From positions 32,001-96,000 of the IMG/VR virus record IMGVR_UViG_3300028549_001457: 64,000 nt of DNA. One strand, given 5' to 3'. Every line of letters begins with the position of its first letter. Within the stretch, counting starts at the first letter, position 1. This document shows, piece after piece, positions 37,133 to 46,681 of this stretch. Origin of the DNA: a virus (lineage: Duplodnaviria > Caudoviricetes). Below the pieces are notes generated by a model. It was not told where the DNA came from and made no database searches. It was given only the letters and a program-made list of their open reading frames with translations. Both the position numbers and the translations under genes were made by a program.

Positions 37133-40100
37133 ATGGATGGCAAGTCAAAAGATACGTATACAATCCCACGCTCATACCCAGGGACTCCTATACCGGATAC
37201 AGATGCAGGTGGCGCTCCTTCAGGTGTGCTTGCAGACCCTGTAACTAAAGATGCCCCTTCCACTAAAGAGTTTACGCCCACCGCTGCAAAGCCCATGTAT
37301 GACTTTTTCTTTTCCGAGGTGTTCCAGCAGCTACCAAAGCTACGATTAGCTCCTGATCTTTTAGTCTATGTTAATAGGGCTAGAACCATCACTACATGGA
37401 CGGGGATTTCTTTTGATATAAACGACTGGTTGGTTTCAGCAAATGGCGGGTCCGGTATGGATCGCCAGCACATGTGTACTCTATCATTTTATGTCCCACG
37501 ACACCTTGAGACCTTATTTATTGGGTTAGGGGGCCGCTTTGTTCTTCGCCCGTTTCATGAGATTGAGGTTTATGCTAAGGGACGGTTCCTTGTTGACGGT
37601 AAAACTTTGGCTACTTCGGATGCAGAGCTATACGGGGATTATTTAGACCCCTCTGATCCGGATATCCCCACGGCTAGGTATTACCGAATTTACTGGGGGT
37701 ATGTTGCCTCCATCACTTCTGAATGGCTTGAGGGAGATTACCAATATACCATTCAGTGTGCTCCAATTCTTCGACTGTTTGACCTAACGCACTTACGTCA
37801 GAGTAGCACCGCCATGTCTGCTGCAGGGACCCAGACGGGGATATCTGCCCATGGCAACCCTGGCATGGTAGGGAACCCGCTTCAGATTATTCTAGCCGTA
37901 TACAATAGAGAAGTGGGTGTTTTAGAGGAGTTGAATACTACCACTTTTACGGATGGCACAAATAACGTTGCCCCGTCTTTGAGGGATTCAAATAGCTACC
38001 GGAGGCTGGCTGGTAGAGCCTTTGCTACATGGCAGGCTAGGCTTGAGGAAGTGAAAAAACGGACTACATTCTACGGGCTAGCCTACCGAGACCCTGTTAC
38101 GTTAGAGCTAACCACGGATAAGTTGGATTTCTATAAACTCTTGAGTAAGGAGGCTGGCAGAGACCCCATGTCTACCATCCCCGTGAATGTGTCAAACGGA
38201 ACTCAAGTAGGGCCTTATGATGGGTCCTTTCAGGATAGGCATATGGGTTTTAGCTTTTGCCTCCAAGACTTTGCTATGGCTAATTTCTCACCCTTCTTTC
38301 CTATTAGTCAGTTTCAGCTATTTCACTTGAACGAGAACACCAAGCGTGGGGAAATTCTAGCGCAAATGGCTGATCTAATGGGTTATGAGTTCTATCAAGA
38401 TTTAAATGGTAATGTTATTTTTAAGCCGCCTTTCTATAATATGGACGTTCGTTCAGATGCTGTATTTAATATCAATGATATTGATATCCTTTCTGAACAA
38501 CTAATCGAAGATGAGTCCCAGATAACTACTACAAATGCTCTTGTAATGGGGAGTAAGCATGACATGATCCAGAATTCTATGTCGAAGGATGTTCGCCCCC
38601 AAGCTCAGGCAATAGACCTCCGACTTCTGGCTAAGTATGGTCAGCGTTTTAAACAAATTGAATTACCAATGCTGCGAAATCCTCAGGAATGCTATGCCTA
38701 CGCAGTTATATCAATGGCAAAAGAAAATCGACGATTCACTCAGATTAACATTCAAATACCCGCTAGACCTGAGTTAATGCTCGGGTTCCCTGTTTACCTC
38801 CAGGGTAGAGACTGTTTTGGGTATCTAGAACGCATTCAGTGGTCCTACTCAGCGGGGAACGACTTTACGTTTAGTCTGTCCCTTACTAGTGTGCGTAGGC
38901 GAATGTATATGGATAAATCTAGGTATAAGTGGATTATGGGTAGTCGTATGCGGGATGTACTCAAAGATCCCAGCTCTAACGAACCCACCCCCACCACCGA
39001 AGCTTCTAAAACTCCCGTTCAGAGTGCCGAAAAATCAAACGCGGAACCAGCAGATAAACCTAAAGCTAGTGATAAGGCTGTTGTTAAGACCCCTTCTAAT
39101 CCCCTAAACTTATACACAGAGTTAATTAGGGTTGCCTCCTCCAAGGTTGGAGTGGGAGGGGAGGATACTAGTCAGGACCCCGCTGTAAACGCCTTTAGAC
39201 ATGCTGTATGGGGGGATGCAACAAAGGGAACAGAGCAATGGTGTATGGCTTTTGCTCAGTATTGTGTTGCAGAGGTCGCCAACATTCATGATAAAGCCTC
39301 TACGTTGCCAGTGACAGGGGGGTCTCAAGATGCTTTTAATTTAGCAGTCCAGCGTTTTCCAAAATACGCGATTTCTGCATCTGAATTTATGCATAATTCT
39401 GATAAAGCCAGCCGGGTGGGGCCTGGGTGGATTATTATCTGGAGACACAATAAACCCCCCACTCCAGGGGCTGGTCATACCAGTATTGTTCAAACAATCC
39501 ATGATAACCGAAAAACCTGCACTTCTATAGATGGGAACGCTGCGGGGGGTAAAGTGGTGGTCAATAGGCCACGCACACTTCCTTTTCAGCCGAATCCCAA
39601 TAAGGAATACCCGTATGATCTTGAGTTAGTTGGGTTCATAGATCCCTGGGGCGTTGGTGGCGTAAAACCCGCAGCCCCTCATGCTCTCACAAGTGATTCT
39701 ACTAGTGGGGTTCCCTTTGATTCGGGAACATTATACTCCCGCAATGCAGCCTCATGGAGTTCTTCCGGTGCTCCTGGGCGAGACGCTTCCAAGAAAGATC
39801 TCCTAGATCTAGTCCCGTTAGCTAATGCAGTGCTACAAACGTTCCCTCCTTCCGTAAAGGCCGTTGAGGACGATACGTCAACTGAAAAAGAACGGGGTGA
39901 TGCCGAGAAGGTCGCTGTTTCAGAAGGTCGCGGGAAGGCTCTCGATAAAGCTGCTGCAACTATTCAAGCCAAGGAACAGGCTCTCCTAGAAGCTCAGGCG
40001 GCATTTAAGGTAGCGAAGGAGGCAGCGGATGCTAAAAAGCTGCAATTAGATACTGAATTAAGTGACGCGCTTCAGTATGAGGCAACCCTCATGACCGCTA

Positions 40101-41926
40101 CTGAGGAGCAGGACTGGGGGCTTGCACCATTCATAAATTTACCCGAGAATCAAGAAATTGGTGAAAAATATATAGAACTTAGAGACGCTGCCCAATCAGC
40201 TAAAATAGCATACTTAAATGCCGGTTTCTTTGACGGGAAAGCTTCTAAAAAATTAATGGCAGATACCCTTTACGCGGAATTCCTTAAGTATAAAGATTTG
40301 CAGGTTGAAACGTATAAAACATCTCTTTCTAATGATATAGCTTCTAAACGTAAACTCTGCGAGTTGTTTGACTCATCCCCAGAAGGTCTAGCGAAGAGGT
40401 CCTCCTTTGATACTCTTTCGAAGGCCACCTCAGAATTGGCCGCGAGTAGGCAGGCTTATGTAGACACTAACTCTATTATCCAGATGGAGTCTGCAGGCAT
40501 TTCAACCAACTTAAAAAATAGTATCCAAGGGGAGGGGTTGGATACGTCCGTGGATGATGTCCTAGATTGTGATCCCGACATGCAAATTTTTGCTTTTGGG
40601 CAGGATACCTTTAGAACCCCCGCCCTTAAAGGTGGTGTGGATGAAAAAGAATTTAAAAAAGAGACTGTTAGGCAAACCACACTAAATAAGGCAACGTTCT
40701 TTAGGCCAAATACGTTTAATCCATACAGGATTGTCATAGATGCCCGGATGATGGGCAGACTTGCCCCATATTCCAATAAAGATTCATCTATGTCTACAAA
40801 TTCGGGAAATTATGCTAAGGGGGACCTCAACAGTATTGGGAGTCAGGCTACCACAGGTAAGACTTCCCAGGATGCTGAGAATATTATAAAAGCTAGAGAG
40901 CAGGCTGTTGCCGCTGCAAAACTAGCCGAGGCTAAAAAGTTGGATATGGAAAAAGCTAGTAGAACCAATGTGGTTAAGTCCTCCGTTTTAGATTCTTGTC
41001 AGACCGCCTATGACGCCGCCCTAGCTAAGTATCCCGAAGAGATCCTTAAATTAATGACTTCAGCCTGGGCCTCCGAGCTAGAGGCTACTGCAACATGCTC
41101 TTTATTTTTGGGGCAAATCAGCTACCCTCCAGATGCATCTGCCTTTGCTAGTATTACTTCAGCTCAAGAAGCTCTATTGAACTATGTATGTCCGTCTAAG
41201 GTAGCAGCATTCAAGAAGGGGTGGGATACAACGGGGTCCTTTAAATCCCCTAAGGACCCTCTATATGACTCTGTTCTTGTTGATTATGCTGATGCCCTTC
41301 TTGAACAAGCCAATAATACTGTTAGTTTCTACCAAGAATTCGCTGTGGCAAAGGCTAATCTTGAGAGGGCTACAAAAGAGGCTCTGGAGGCTCAGCTTGA
41401 CGTAACTACTAACCAAGATGAGCGCTATCGAATAGATGCCGCAGCTTCTTCCGCATCACGGAAGGCTACTGCGTTGAGTAGGAATGTTACCGCAAATGCG
41501 GCTCCAATTAGTGCTACAGCTATGACCCCTGCAGAGTATATGGCAAGGCTGTGCTTCTCCCAGCCCTATACCGATGCTAATGGGTTTGAGCAAATCCCAG
41601 GGTTTCCTTGGGGGAGAACTGCGGATGTTTGTCAAACTGCGGCTTCGCTTAGGTTGGACTCGACTGCGTTGCAATTTACCCAAATGACGCCCCATCTTTC
41701 GTCTACGGATACTATCCCAAGTAGGGGGGGATTCTCACTCCCACCTCTTAAAACAGCACCACTTGATACGGCTACGTATGTTAATAGCAACCTAACTAAG
41801 TCTTCAGAAGTCCAACTCTCAGCCTCAAGAACCGACTTTGGGGGTTCATGGAGGGATTTCGCCCCGCCCCCTTCAGGGTCAGGAGAACGGGTGCCTATTG
41901 ATACGTCTACTGGGACTCGTTCATAG
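37133..41926 (+). CDS. Baseplate hub protein (gp27/gpD-like) with an embedded CHAP peptidoglycan hydrolase domain
   Basis: Hub motifs (GYEFYQDLNGNVIFKPPFYN; ARPELMLGFPVY); CHAP: EQWCMAF...GHTSIV...IDGN. Confidence 0.75.
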   Translation: MDGKSKDTYTIPRSYPGTPIPDTDAGGAPSGVLADPVTKDAPSTKEFTPTAAKPMYDFFFSEVFQQLPKLRLAPDLLVYVNRARTITTWTGISFDINDWLVSANGGSGMDRQHMCTLSFYVPRHLETLFIGLGGRFVLRPFHEIEVYAKGRFLVDGKTLATSDAELYGDYLDPSDPDIPTARYYRIYWGYVASITSEWLEGDYQYTIQCAPILRLFDLTHLRQSSTAMSAAGTQTGISAHGNPGMVGNPLQIILAVYNREVGVLEELNTTTFTDGTNNVAPSLRDSNSYRRLAGRAFATWQARLEEVKKRTTFYGLAYRDPVTLELTTDKLDFYKLLSKEAGRDPMSTIPVNVSNGTQVGPYDGSFQDRHMGFSFCLQDFAMANFSPFFPISQFQLFHLNENTKRGEILAQMADLMGYEFYQDLNGNVIFKPPFYNMDVRSDAVFNINDIDILSEQLIEDESQITTTNALVMGSKHDMIQNSMSKDVRPQAQAIDLRLLAKYGQRFKQIELPMLRNPQECYAYAVISMAKENRRFTQINIQIPARPELMLGFPVYLQGRDCFGYLERIQWSYSAGNDFTFSLSLTSVRRRMYMDKSRYKWIMGSRMRDVLKDPSSNEPTPTTEASKTPVQSAEKSNAEPADKPKASDKAVVKTPSNPLNLYTELIRVASSKVGVGGEDTSQDPAVNAFRHAVWGDATKGTEQWCMAFAQYCVAEVANIHDKASTLPVTGGSQDAFNLAVQRFPKYAISASEFMHNSDKASRVGPGWIIIWRHNKPPTPGAGHTSIVQTIHDNRKTCTSIDGNAAGGKVVVNRPRTLPFQPNPNKEYPYDLELVGFIDPWGVGGVKPAAPHALTSDSTSGVPFDSGTLYSRNAASWSSSGAPGRDASKKDLLDLVPLANAVLQTFPPSVKAVEDDTSTEKERGDAEKVAVSEGRGKALDKAAATIQAKEQALLEAQAAFKVAKEAADAKKLQLDTELSDALQYEATLMTATEEQDWGLAPFINLPENQEIGEKYIELRDAAQSAKIAYLNAGFFDGKASKKLMADTLYAEFLKYKDLQVETYKTSLSNDIASKRKLCELFDSSPEGLAKRSSFDTLSKATSELAASRQAYVDTNSIIQMESAGISTNLKNSIQGEGLDTSVDDVLDCDPDMQIFAFGQDTFRTPALKGGVDEKEFKKETVRQTTLNKATFFRPNTFNPYRIVIDARMMGRLAPYSNKDSSMSTNSGNYAKGDLNSIGSQATTGKTSQDAENIIKAREQAVAAAKLAEAKKLDMEKASRTNVVKSSVLDSCQTAYDAALAKYPEEILKLMTSAWASELEATATCSLFLGQISYPPDASAFASITSAQEALLNYVCPSKVAAFKKGWDTTGSFKSPKDPLYDSVLVDYADALLEQANNTVSFYQEFAVAKANLERATKEALEAQLDVTTNQDERYRIDAAASSASRKATALSRNVTANAAPISATAMTPAEYMARLCFSQPYTDANGFEQIPGFPWGRTADVCQTAASLRLDSTALQFTQMTPHLSSTDTIPSRGGFSLPPLKTAPLDTATYVNSNLTKSSEVQLSASRTDFGGSWRDFAPPPSGSGERVPIDTSTGTRS

Positions 41927-41985
41927 CGTTAAGCGGTTGTCTAGATTGGTGTTCGTTAAGTTAATCTGTATCTCATTTATACGAG

Positions 41986-44589
41986 TTGGCCCACATGAAT
42001 TTTACCACCATTTTCCCTAAGTTTTCTTCTCCGAGTGGCACTGCTTTTGAGAATCAAAGGTCAGTTGGGATTGAAGTAGCTAAAGTTATCTACGTGGATT
42101 ATGAGTTGGTTCTTGTGGATGTGTTAATTTTAAATCAGAACAGCACCATTAGAGGTATCTCAAATTTTTTAAGTAGTGACTCATCAGACTCTTCTGAAGC
42201 TGGGACGCTCCCCTCTCAAGGGAGCTTTGTGCTGGTTGGTTTAATCTCTAAAGCAGGATCTGCTCAAGAATGGGCCGTGCTGGGAACTCTGAAGTCGGGG
42301 TATAGATCTGGTCAGGCTCTTATAGCTACGAGAGACGCTCCAGAGGACCCACACGAGAATCTTCTGCATCGGCAAATCTCTCGTAAAATCACAGAGTCTG
42401 AATTTCAAATTTCTGCTGGGGCCGGTGGGGAGGCTCTGTTTGACGAAGGTTGGGGGTTTCTTTCCAAAGACATCTCTGAAGTTAAAACTGACTCCATTAC
42501 AGAGACTGTGGCGTCAAATCTCCATAATGTGTATACTCAGTCCTTTAACGGGAGAGTTCAGCAGGGTGCCGCTGTTCGGATGCTCCCTGATACATCAGGG
42601 TTATACGCACATCCTACTGGACTGTCGTTTCAGTATGTAACCCCAGATGGTGCCGACCCAGCTCTACGGTATAAATCTGCGGAAACTCCAGGTCTCATTG
42701 TAACGGAAGAAGTGCATGTTTTTCACGATACCACTGATTTGATTCCCGATTTAACCCCCCATCTACATGGGGTTATGCCCATACATACGGCTGATGTCAA
42801 TGCTATATCCTCCATCAGTAAGAAAAGCGCACCCTGGTCTCAGGTTAGTTCAGATAGGCCTCCAGATACACAAGAGATTACGCACCCTCTAGAGGATAAC
42901 CCGGACAGGGTTGATCCTAATCAGAAGCTCTATACGTCCGATTTGCTTTCGATCCAACATCGTAGAGACCTTAGATACACTCATGATTCCAATCTTGTGG
43001 GTGTTTTTGAATCAGATAAGTCTAGATACCTCTCAGTTCTGGTTCCCCATGTTGCTTCTAAATTTTCAACGGATTTTAATCATACTCAGATCCCGTTGTA
43101 TGACCCGCACCCGCACCCTGAGTTTAGGCTAAGAGTTCCTGTAAGAGCTGAGTATTCTCCTCTGCTTCATAACCAGACCGCCTATTATCAGACGAAAGAG
43201 GGGTACCAGATTTGGGTGATGGGGGCAACCCTTCAGCATGAAAGAAACCCCCTCACGGGTGCTACCACTTTTGATAAAGGTGCTGGTCGCTCGGCTGAGA
43301 TCTTTACTCTAGGAGGCATTGAAGCCACACTAGGTAAGACACGTGACGAAGGGGAGAGCCTGTCCCTCACAACAATAGGTCAAATTTTCGCGCATATTGG
43401 GGCTGATTCAGGGAAACGTCCACATGAGCGACGATCTCTAGAGGCTCTTGATAGGGTCACAGGGCAAAAAATAAGTCTGGACGCTTATAACTTTGATTCA
43501 ATCCCTGGCCCAGGTGACTCCAAGACCTATCAAACAAAAACAGCCTCTGAAAATCTATCTATGGTTTTAACTATGGATGGGGGGGTGTCTGCCCGGTTTG
43601 GGGCAAGAAATAAGGCTGTTCAACGTAAATTTGTGAGGAATGGGACTTCAGATGCTCCTGGTAGGACTATTGGAGGTAAGGACGTTCATGATGCTAAGCG
43701 TGAAGTCTATGGGGGAGTTAATGACCCATATCAATTTCACGATCTAACGCAAACAGCCGTAGAAAATTGTTCTGTTGACCCATGTGAACTGGGGGCCACT
43801 TCTTTGGAAGGGTTTGATGCGGATGTTCATGGCCGTTCATGGGATTTCCATCTGTGTAACGATTGGTTTATGCGTGTTGGTAAAAACAGTGACTCCGGAA
43901 CTTCCTGGACTATGGATACAGATGGAGGTTTGGTCTGGTGGTTAGGAAAAGATGACTCCGGGCGATCTCTCACAATTCAGACAGATGGCGGTGCTCAAAT
44001 TCGCCTCAAAGCTGATTCAGAATCAGGTGAAGCTCTCAATTTATATATTACAGGGAATGTTAACGAGTATATAGAAGGGAGTGTTACTAGGGTTATTGAG
44101 GGGGATCTGCATGAACATATCAAGGGAAGCCGAACTGTCGAAATTGACGTTAACGACACCCTGATGGTCGCAGGTAACTACACCCCCATATTCAAAGACT
44201 ACACCCTTCTGTGTAGTGGTTCTGGTGTCATGGGTTTTGGCCTGGGGCTAGATTTCACTGTGACAGGGGCTTCTAAATTTGATTATCAAGGGGCTCTAGT
44301 TACTAATGTTTTGGGGGCTTCTAAAACAACCGTGTCTGGGGCGGCTACAGAAACATATCTGGCTGCTAAGACAACCTCAATTAATGGCATTTCAACGACT
44401 TCAGTTAAGGGTCTAGCTACTGAAACCTACAAGGGCGGCTTAACTACCTCTATTACTGGGCCTTGGAATGTCTCTGCAACTTCCACAGGGACTCTTAAGA
44501 CTTCAGGCTTGTTTATTCTGCAGGGTTCTGCGATGACTATTGGTGGGGCTGGTCCTGTTACTATTAAGAGTCCGTTAAGTTTGGGGTAG
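41986..44589 (+). CDS. Central baseplate spike (gp5/gpV/VgrG-like)
   Basis: N-terminal OB-fold-like region; C-terminal 8-residue beta-helix repeats (ITGNVNEYIEGSVTRVIEGDLHEHIKG); followed by PAAR. Confidence 0.75.
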   Translation: MAHMNFTTIFPKFSSPSGTAFENQRSVGIEVAKVIYVDYELVLVDVLILNQNSTIRGISNFLSSDSSDSSEAGTLPSQGSFVLVGLISKAGSAQEWAVLGTLKSGYRSGQALIATRDAPEDPHENLLHRQISRKITESEFQISAGAGGEALFDEGWGFLSKDISEVKTDSITETVASNLHNVYTQSFNGRVQQGAAVRMLPDTSGLYAHPTGLSFQYVTPDGADPALRYKSAETPGLIVTEEVHVFHDTTDLIPDLTPHLHGVMPIHTADVNAISSISKKSAPWSQVSSDRPPDTQEITHPLEDNPDRVDPNQKLYTSDLLSIQHRRDLRYTHDSNLVGVFESDKSRYLSVLVPHVASKFSTDFNHTQIPLYDPHPHPEFRLRVPVRAEYSPLLHNQTAYYQTKEGYQIWVMGATLQHERNPLTGATTFDKGAGRSAEIFTLGGIEATLGKTRDEGESLSLTTIGQIFAHIGADSGKRPHERRSLEALDRVTGQKISLDAYNFDSIPGPGDSKTYQTKTASENLSMVLTMDGGVSARFGARNKAVQRKFVRNGTSDAPGRTIGGKDVHDAKREVYGGVNDPYQFHDLTQTAVENCSVDPCELGATSLEGFDADVHGRSWDFHLCNDWFMRVGKNSDSGTSWTMDTDGGLVWWLGKDDSGRSLTIQTDGGAQIRLKADSESGEALNLYITGNVNEYIEGSVTRVIEGDLHEHIKGSRTVEIDVNDTLMVAGNYTPIFKDYTLLCSGSGVMGFGLGLDFTVTGASKFDYQGALVTNVLGASKTTVSGAATETYLAAKTTSINGISTTSVKGLATETYKGGLTTSITGPWNVSATSTGTLKTSGLFILQGSAMTIGGAGPVTIKSPLSLG

Positions 44590-44593
44590 TATT

Positions 44594-44866
44594 ATGGCAG
44601 ATGTAGGGTTAGCTCAGTTGGGAAGCCTTTCCTCGCATGGGGGTGTGATTACTTCCGTATCCTCCACAATCTTGTGTGAGGGAAAGCTAGTGGCGTGTGT
44701 AGGGGATGTTCACACATGCCCGATAAAAGGTCATGGGTCCACCCCTATTGTAGATGGCAACCCAGGTGTTATTGTAAATGGAAAAATTCTAGCACGTATT
44801 GGTAGCACAACAGGCTGTGGTGCTACCATAACCACTGGCTCAGTTTCAGTCACCACAAATGGATAG
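44594..44866 (+). CDS. PAAR-repeat spike tip protein
   Basis: AQLGSLSSHGG, VACVGDVHTCPIKGH, ARIGSTTGCGA. Confidence 0.9.
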   Translation: MADVGLAQLGSLSSHGGVITSVSSTILCEGKLVACVGDVHTCPIKGHGSTPIVDGNPGVIVNGKILARIGSTTGCGATITTGSVSVTTNG

Positions 44867-45146
44867 GGGGTCTAACATGTCTGAAGAAACCGAAGCAGCT
44901 TTGAAAGAAATCAACACGGGGTCCACTTTAGATGGCCTTTTTAGAATGGGATTCACCATTCTAGGGGACTCCCGTGACTTTACAAATGGATCTATTCAGG
45001 TGACGCTAGGAAGGGGTCAGGAGCGCCTTTCCTGGACCTTGCCCATGAAGGTCGCAAAGGTTGGTGTGGACACTCCTGAGGGCGCATCTTACCTCCAGAT
45101 CCCCATTGATCATATTTCTTTTGATGTGGTCTATCCGATCAAGTAA
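44859..45146 (+). CDS. Small hypothetical protein
   Basis: Intact ORF in the baseplate operon; start possibly 44877. Confidence 0.55.
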   Translation: MDRGSNMSEETEAALKEINTGSTLDGLFRMGFTILGDSRDFTNGSIQVTLGRGQERLSWTLPMKVAKVGVDTPEGASYLQIPIDHISFDVVYPIK

Positions 45147-45156
45147 GTGAGGGCAA

Positions 45157-45852
45157 GTGGCGTTTAACGGTCAGGGACAATGGCGGCAAAAGAGCTGGGA
45201 GGCCTTCCAGAAATGGGTGGAGGTCCAGCAGAAAGCTATTGACCAACGCCTGCACCTCCTGAGATTTAAATCTGCCGTATCCAGGCGGAGGTTATCGAGT
45301 CTCCTAGCACAAACTCCTCCCGTGTTTACCTCAGATGTTCAAGAAACTTCGTCATTTGCGGTTACGGGTGATGACAATCTGCCCCCTTTTAAGGGGGAAT
45401 GGAAGTTAAGGGACGTCTCTTTAGCTGGACCCACCATAATAGCCCCACACCAGAAACCTAAGGAATCTACTGGTAAAGAGGTAATTGGAATTAAAAGTCT
45501 CTTCTACCGGGAAATACGTGCGATTGAGTATGTGGAACATTTAATCCAAAAAACTAGGTATGAAATTGAACAAATTGAAAATGAGATTTATTGGTTGGAA
45601 TGCAGTGAAAAAAAGTTGGCTAGACATTTTGCAACTGTAAACACTCAATTCAATGATGTGGAGTTCTCAGACAGCCTCATTAAAGAGGGGTCCCTTATTC
45701 GTTTAAGTCTTTTGGAGGATGCTCCTGATGCACTCGTTCAAAAACATAAAGAGGGGCAGATTCTTTTGGAAGCCTACGAAAAAGACCAGAAGAATCCCCC
45801 ACTTCCACAAAACTTGCCCACATTATCCACTCAGGACGATTACAGGACCTAA
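45157..45852 (+). CDS. Hypothetical baseplate-associated protein (coiled coil)
   Basis: Operon position. Confidence 0.5.
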   Translation: MAFNGQGQWRQKSWEAFQKWVEVQQKAIDQRLHLLRFKSAVSRRRLSSLLAQTPPVFTSDVQETSSFAVTGDDNLPPFKGEWKLRDVSLAGPTIIAPHQKPKESTGKEVIGIKSLFYREIRAIEYVEHLIQKTRYEIEQIENEIYWLECSEKKLARHFATVNTQFNDVEFSDSLIKEGSLIRLSLLEDAPDALVQKHKEGQILLEAYEKDQKNPPLPQNLPTLSTQDDYRT

Positions 45853-45883
45853 CTTCCCACTAACTTTTTAGAGTGTTCCCCCA

Positions 45884-46678
45884 ATGTCCTATGATTTTAA
45901 AATAACTAATAAAACTTGTGATCACATCCTTAGGGGTGTCCCTTGTTTTATCTCGGACATTGATGGGATGACACTGCTTCCACGAAACGATCCTTCCCAA
46001 TACGTTATCTCAGACCCTGTGCCTGCGGGGGTTTCTGAACTAAAGCTATATAACCAACTAACACATACTTGGACTACTATTCCTAAGGATCATCCTGATT
46101 TGGGGTGGAAGATCACGGTATATCCCCTAATTGAGGGCTACCCGGATATGGGGTCCGCAATGATGGTCCGTTTTAATAAGCGTCAACAGAGTACCCAAGG
46201 GATTTGGAGACTTTCCTATCAAGTTTCAGCCGCCTCGTGTTTTAAGTGTAAGGGAGCTGGGGTTCTTCCAGACATTGAGCTGATTGGTGATCCCGATAAA
46301 GCGTATTATGTGCAGCATGAAGCCAAATTAGCTCAGGATTTCCTTAAATTTTTATTAACCCCAAAAGGTTCTGACCCATACTATCCCTGGATAGGGACAG
46401 ATTTTGCGGATCTCCCAGGGTCTAAACTAGATCTCAGGGATTTTGAGGCTCAGATAATTAAACAAGTTCAAGCTACTGCAGATATTATTAAGAATCTTCA
46501 GGCTCAGCAAGCAAAGTTACCAGACCAGACTGTTTCGCAACGAGAACTCCTACACTCGGTAACCCTAGTCAAAGTTCAACAGTCCCCCGCAGATCCTCGA
46601 CAAATGCTTATTAAGATAGAACTAATGACCAATAGTCGAACTTCCACAAATATTCAATTTCCCCTAAGCCGTGGATAA
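45884..46678 (+). CDS. Baseplate wedge protein, gp25/W-like C-terminal domain
   Basis: KLAQDFLKFLLTPKGSDPYYPWIGTDF...IKIELMT; CxxC motif CFKC. Confidence 0.7.
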   Translation: MSYDFKITNKTCDHILRGVPCFISDIDGMTLLPRNDPSQYVISDPVPAGVSELKLYNQLTHTWTTIPKDHPDLGWKITVYPLIEGYPDMGSAMMVRFNKRQQSTQGIWRLSYQVSAASCFKCKGAGVLPDIELIGDPDKAYYVQHEAKLAQDFLKFLLTPKGSDPYYPWIGTDFADLPGSKLDLRDFEAQIIKQVQATADIIKNLQAQQAKLPDQTVSQRELLHSVTLVKVQQSPADPRQMLIKIELMTNSRTSTNIQFPLSRG

Positions 46679-46681
46679 CCT

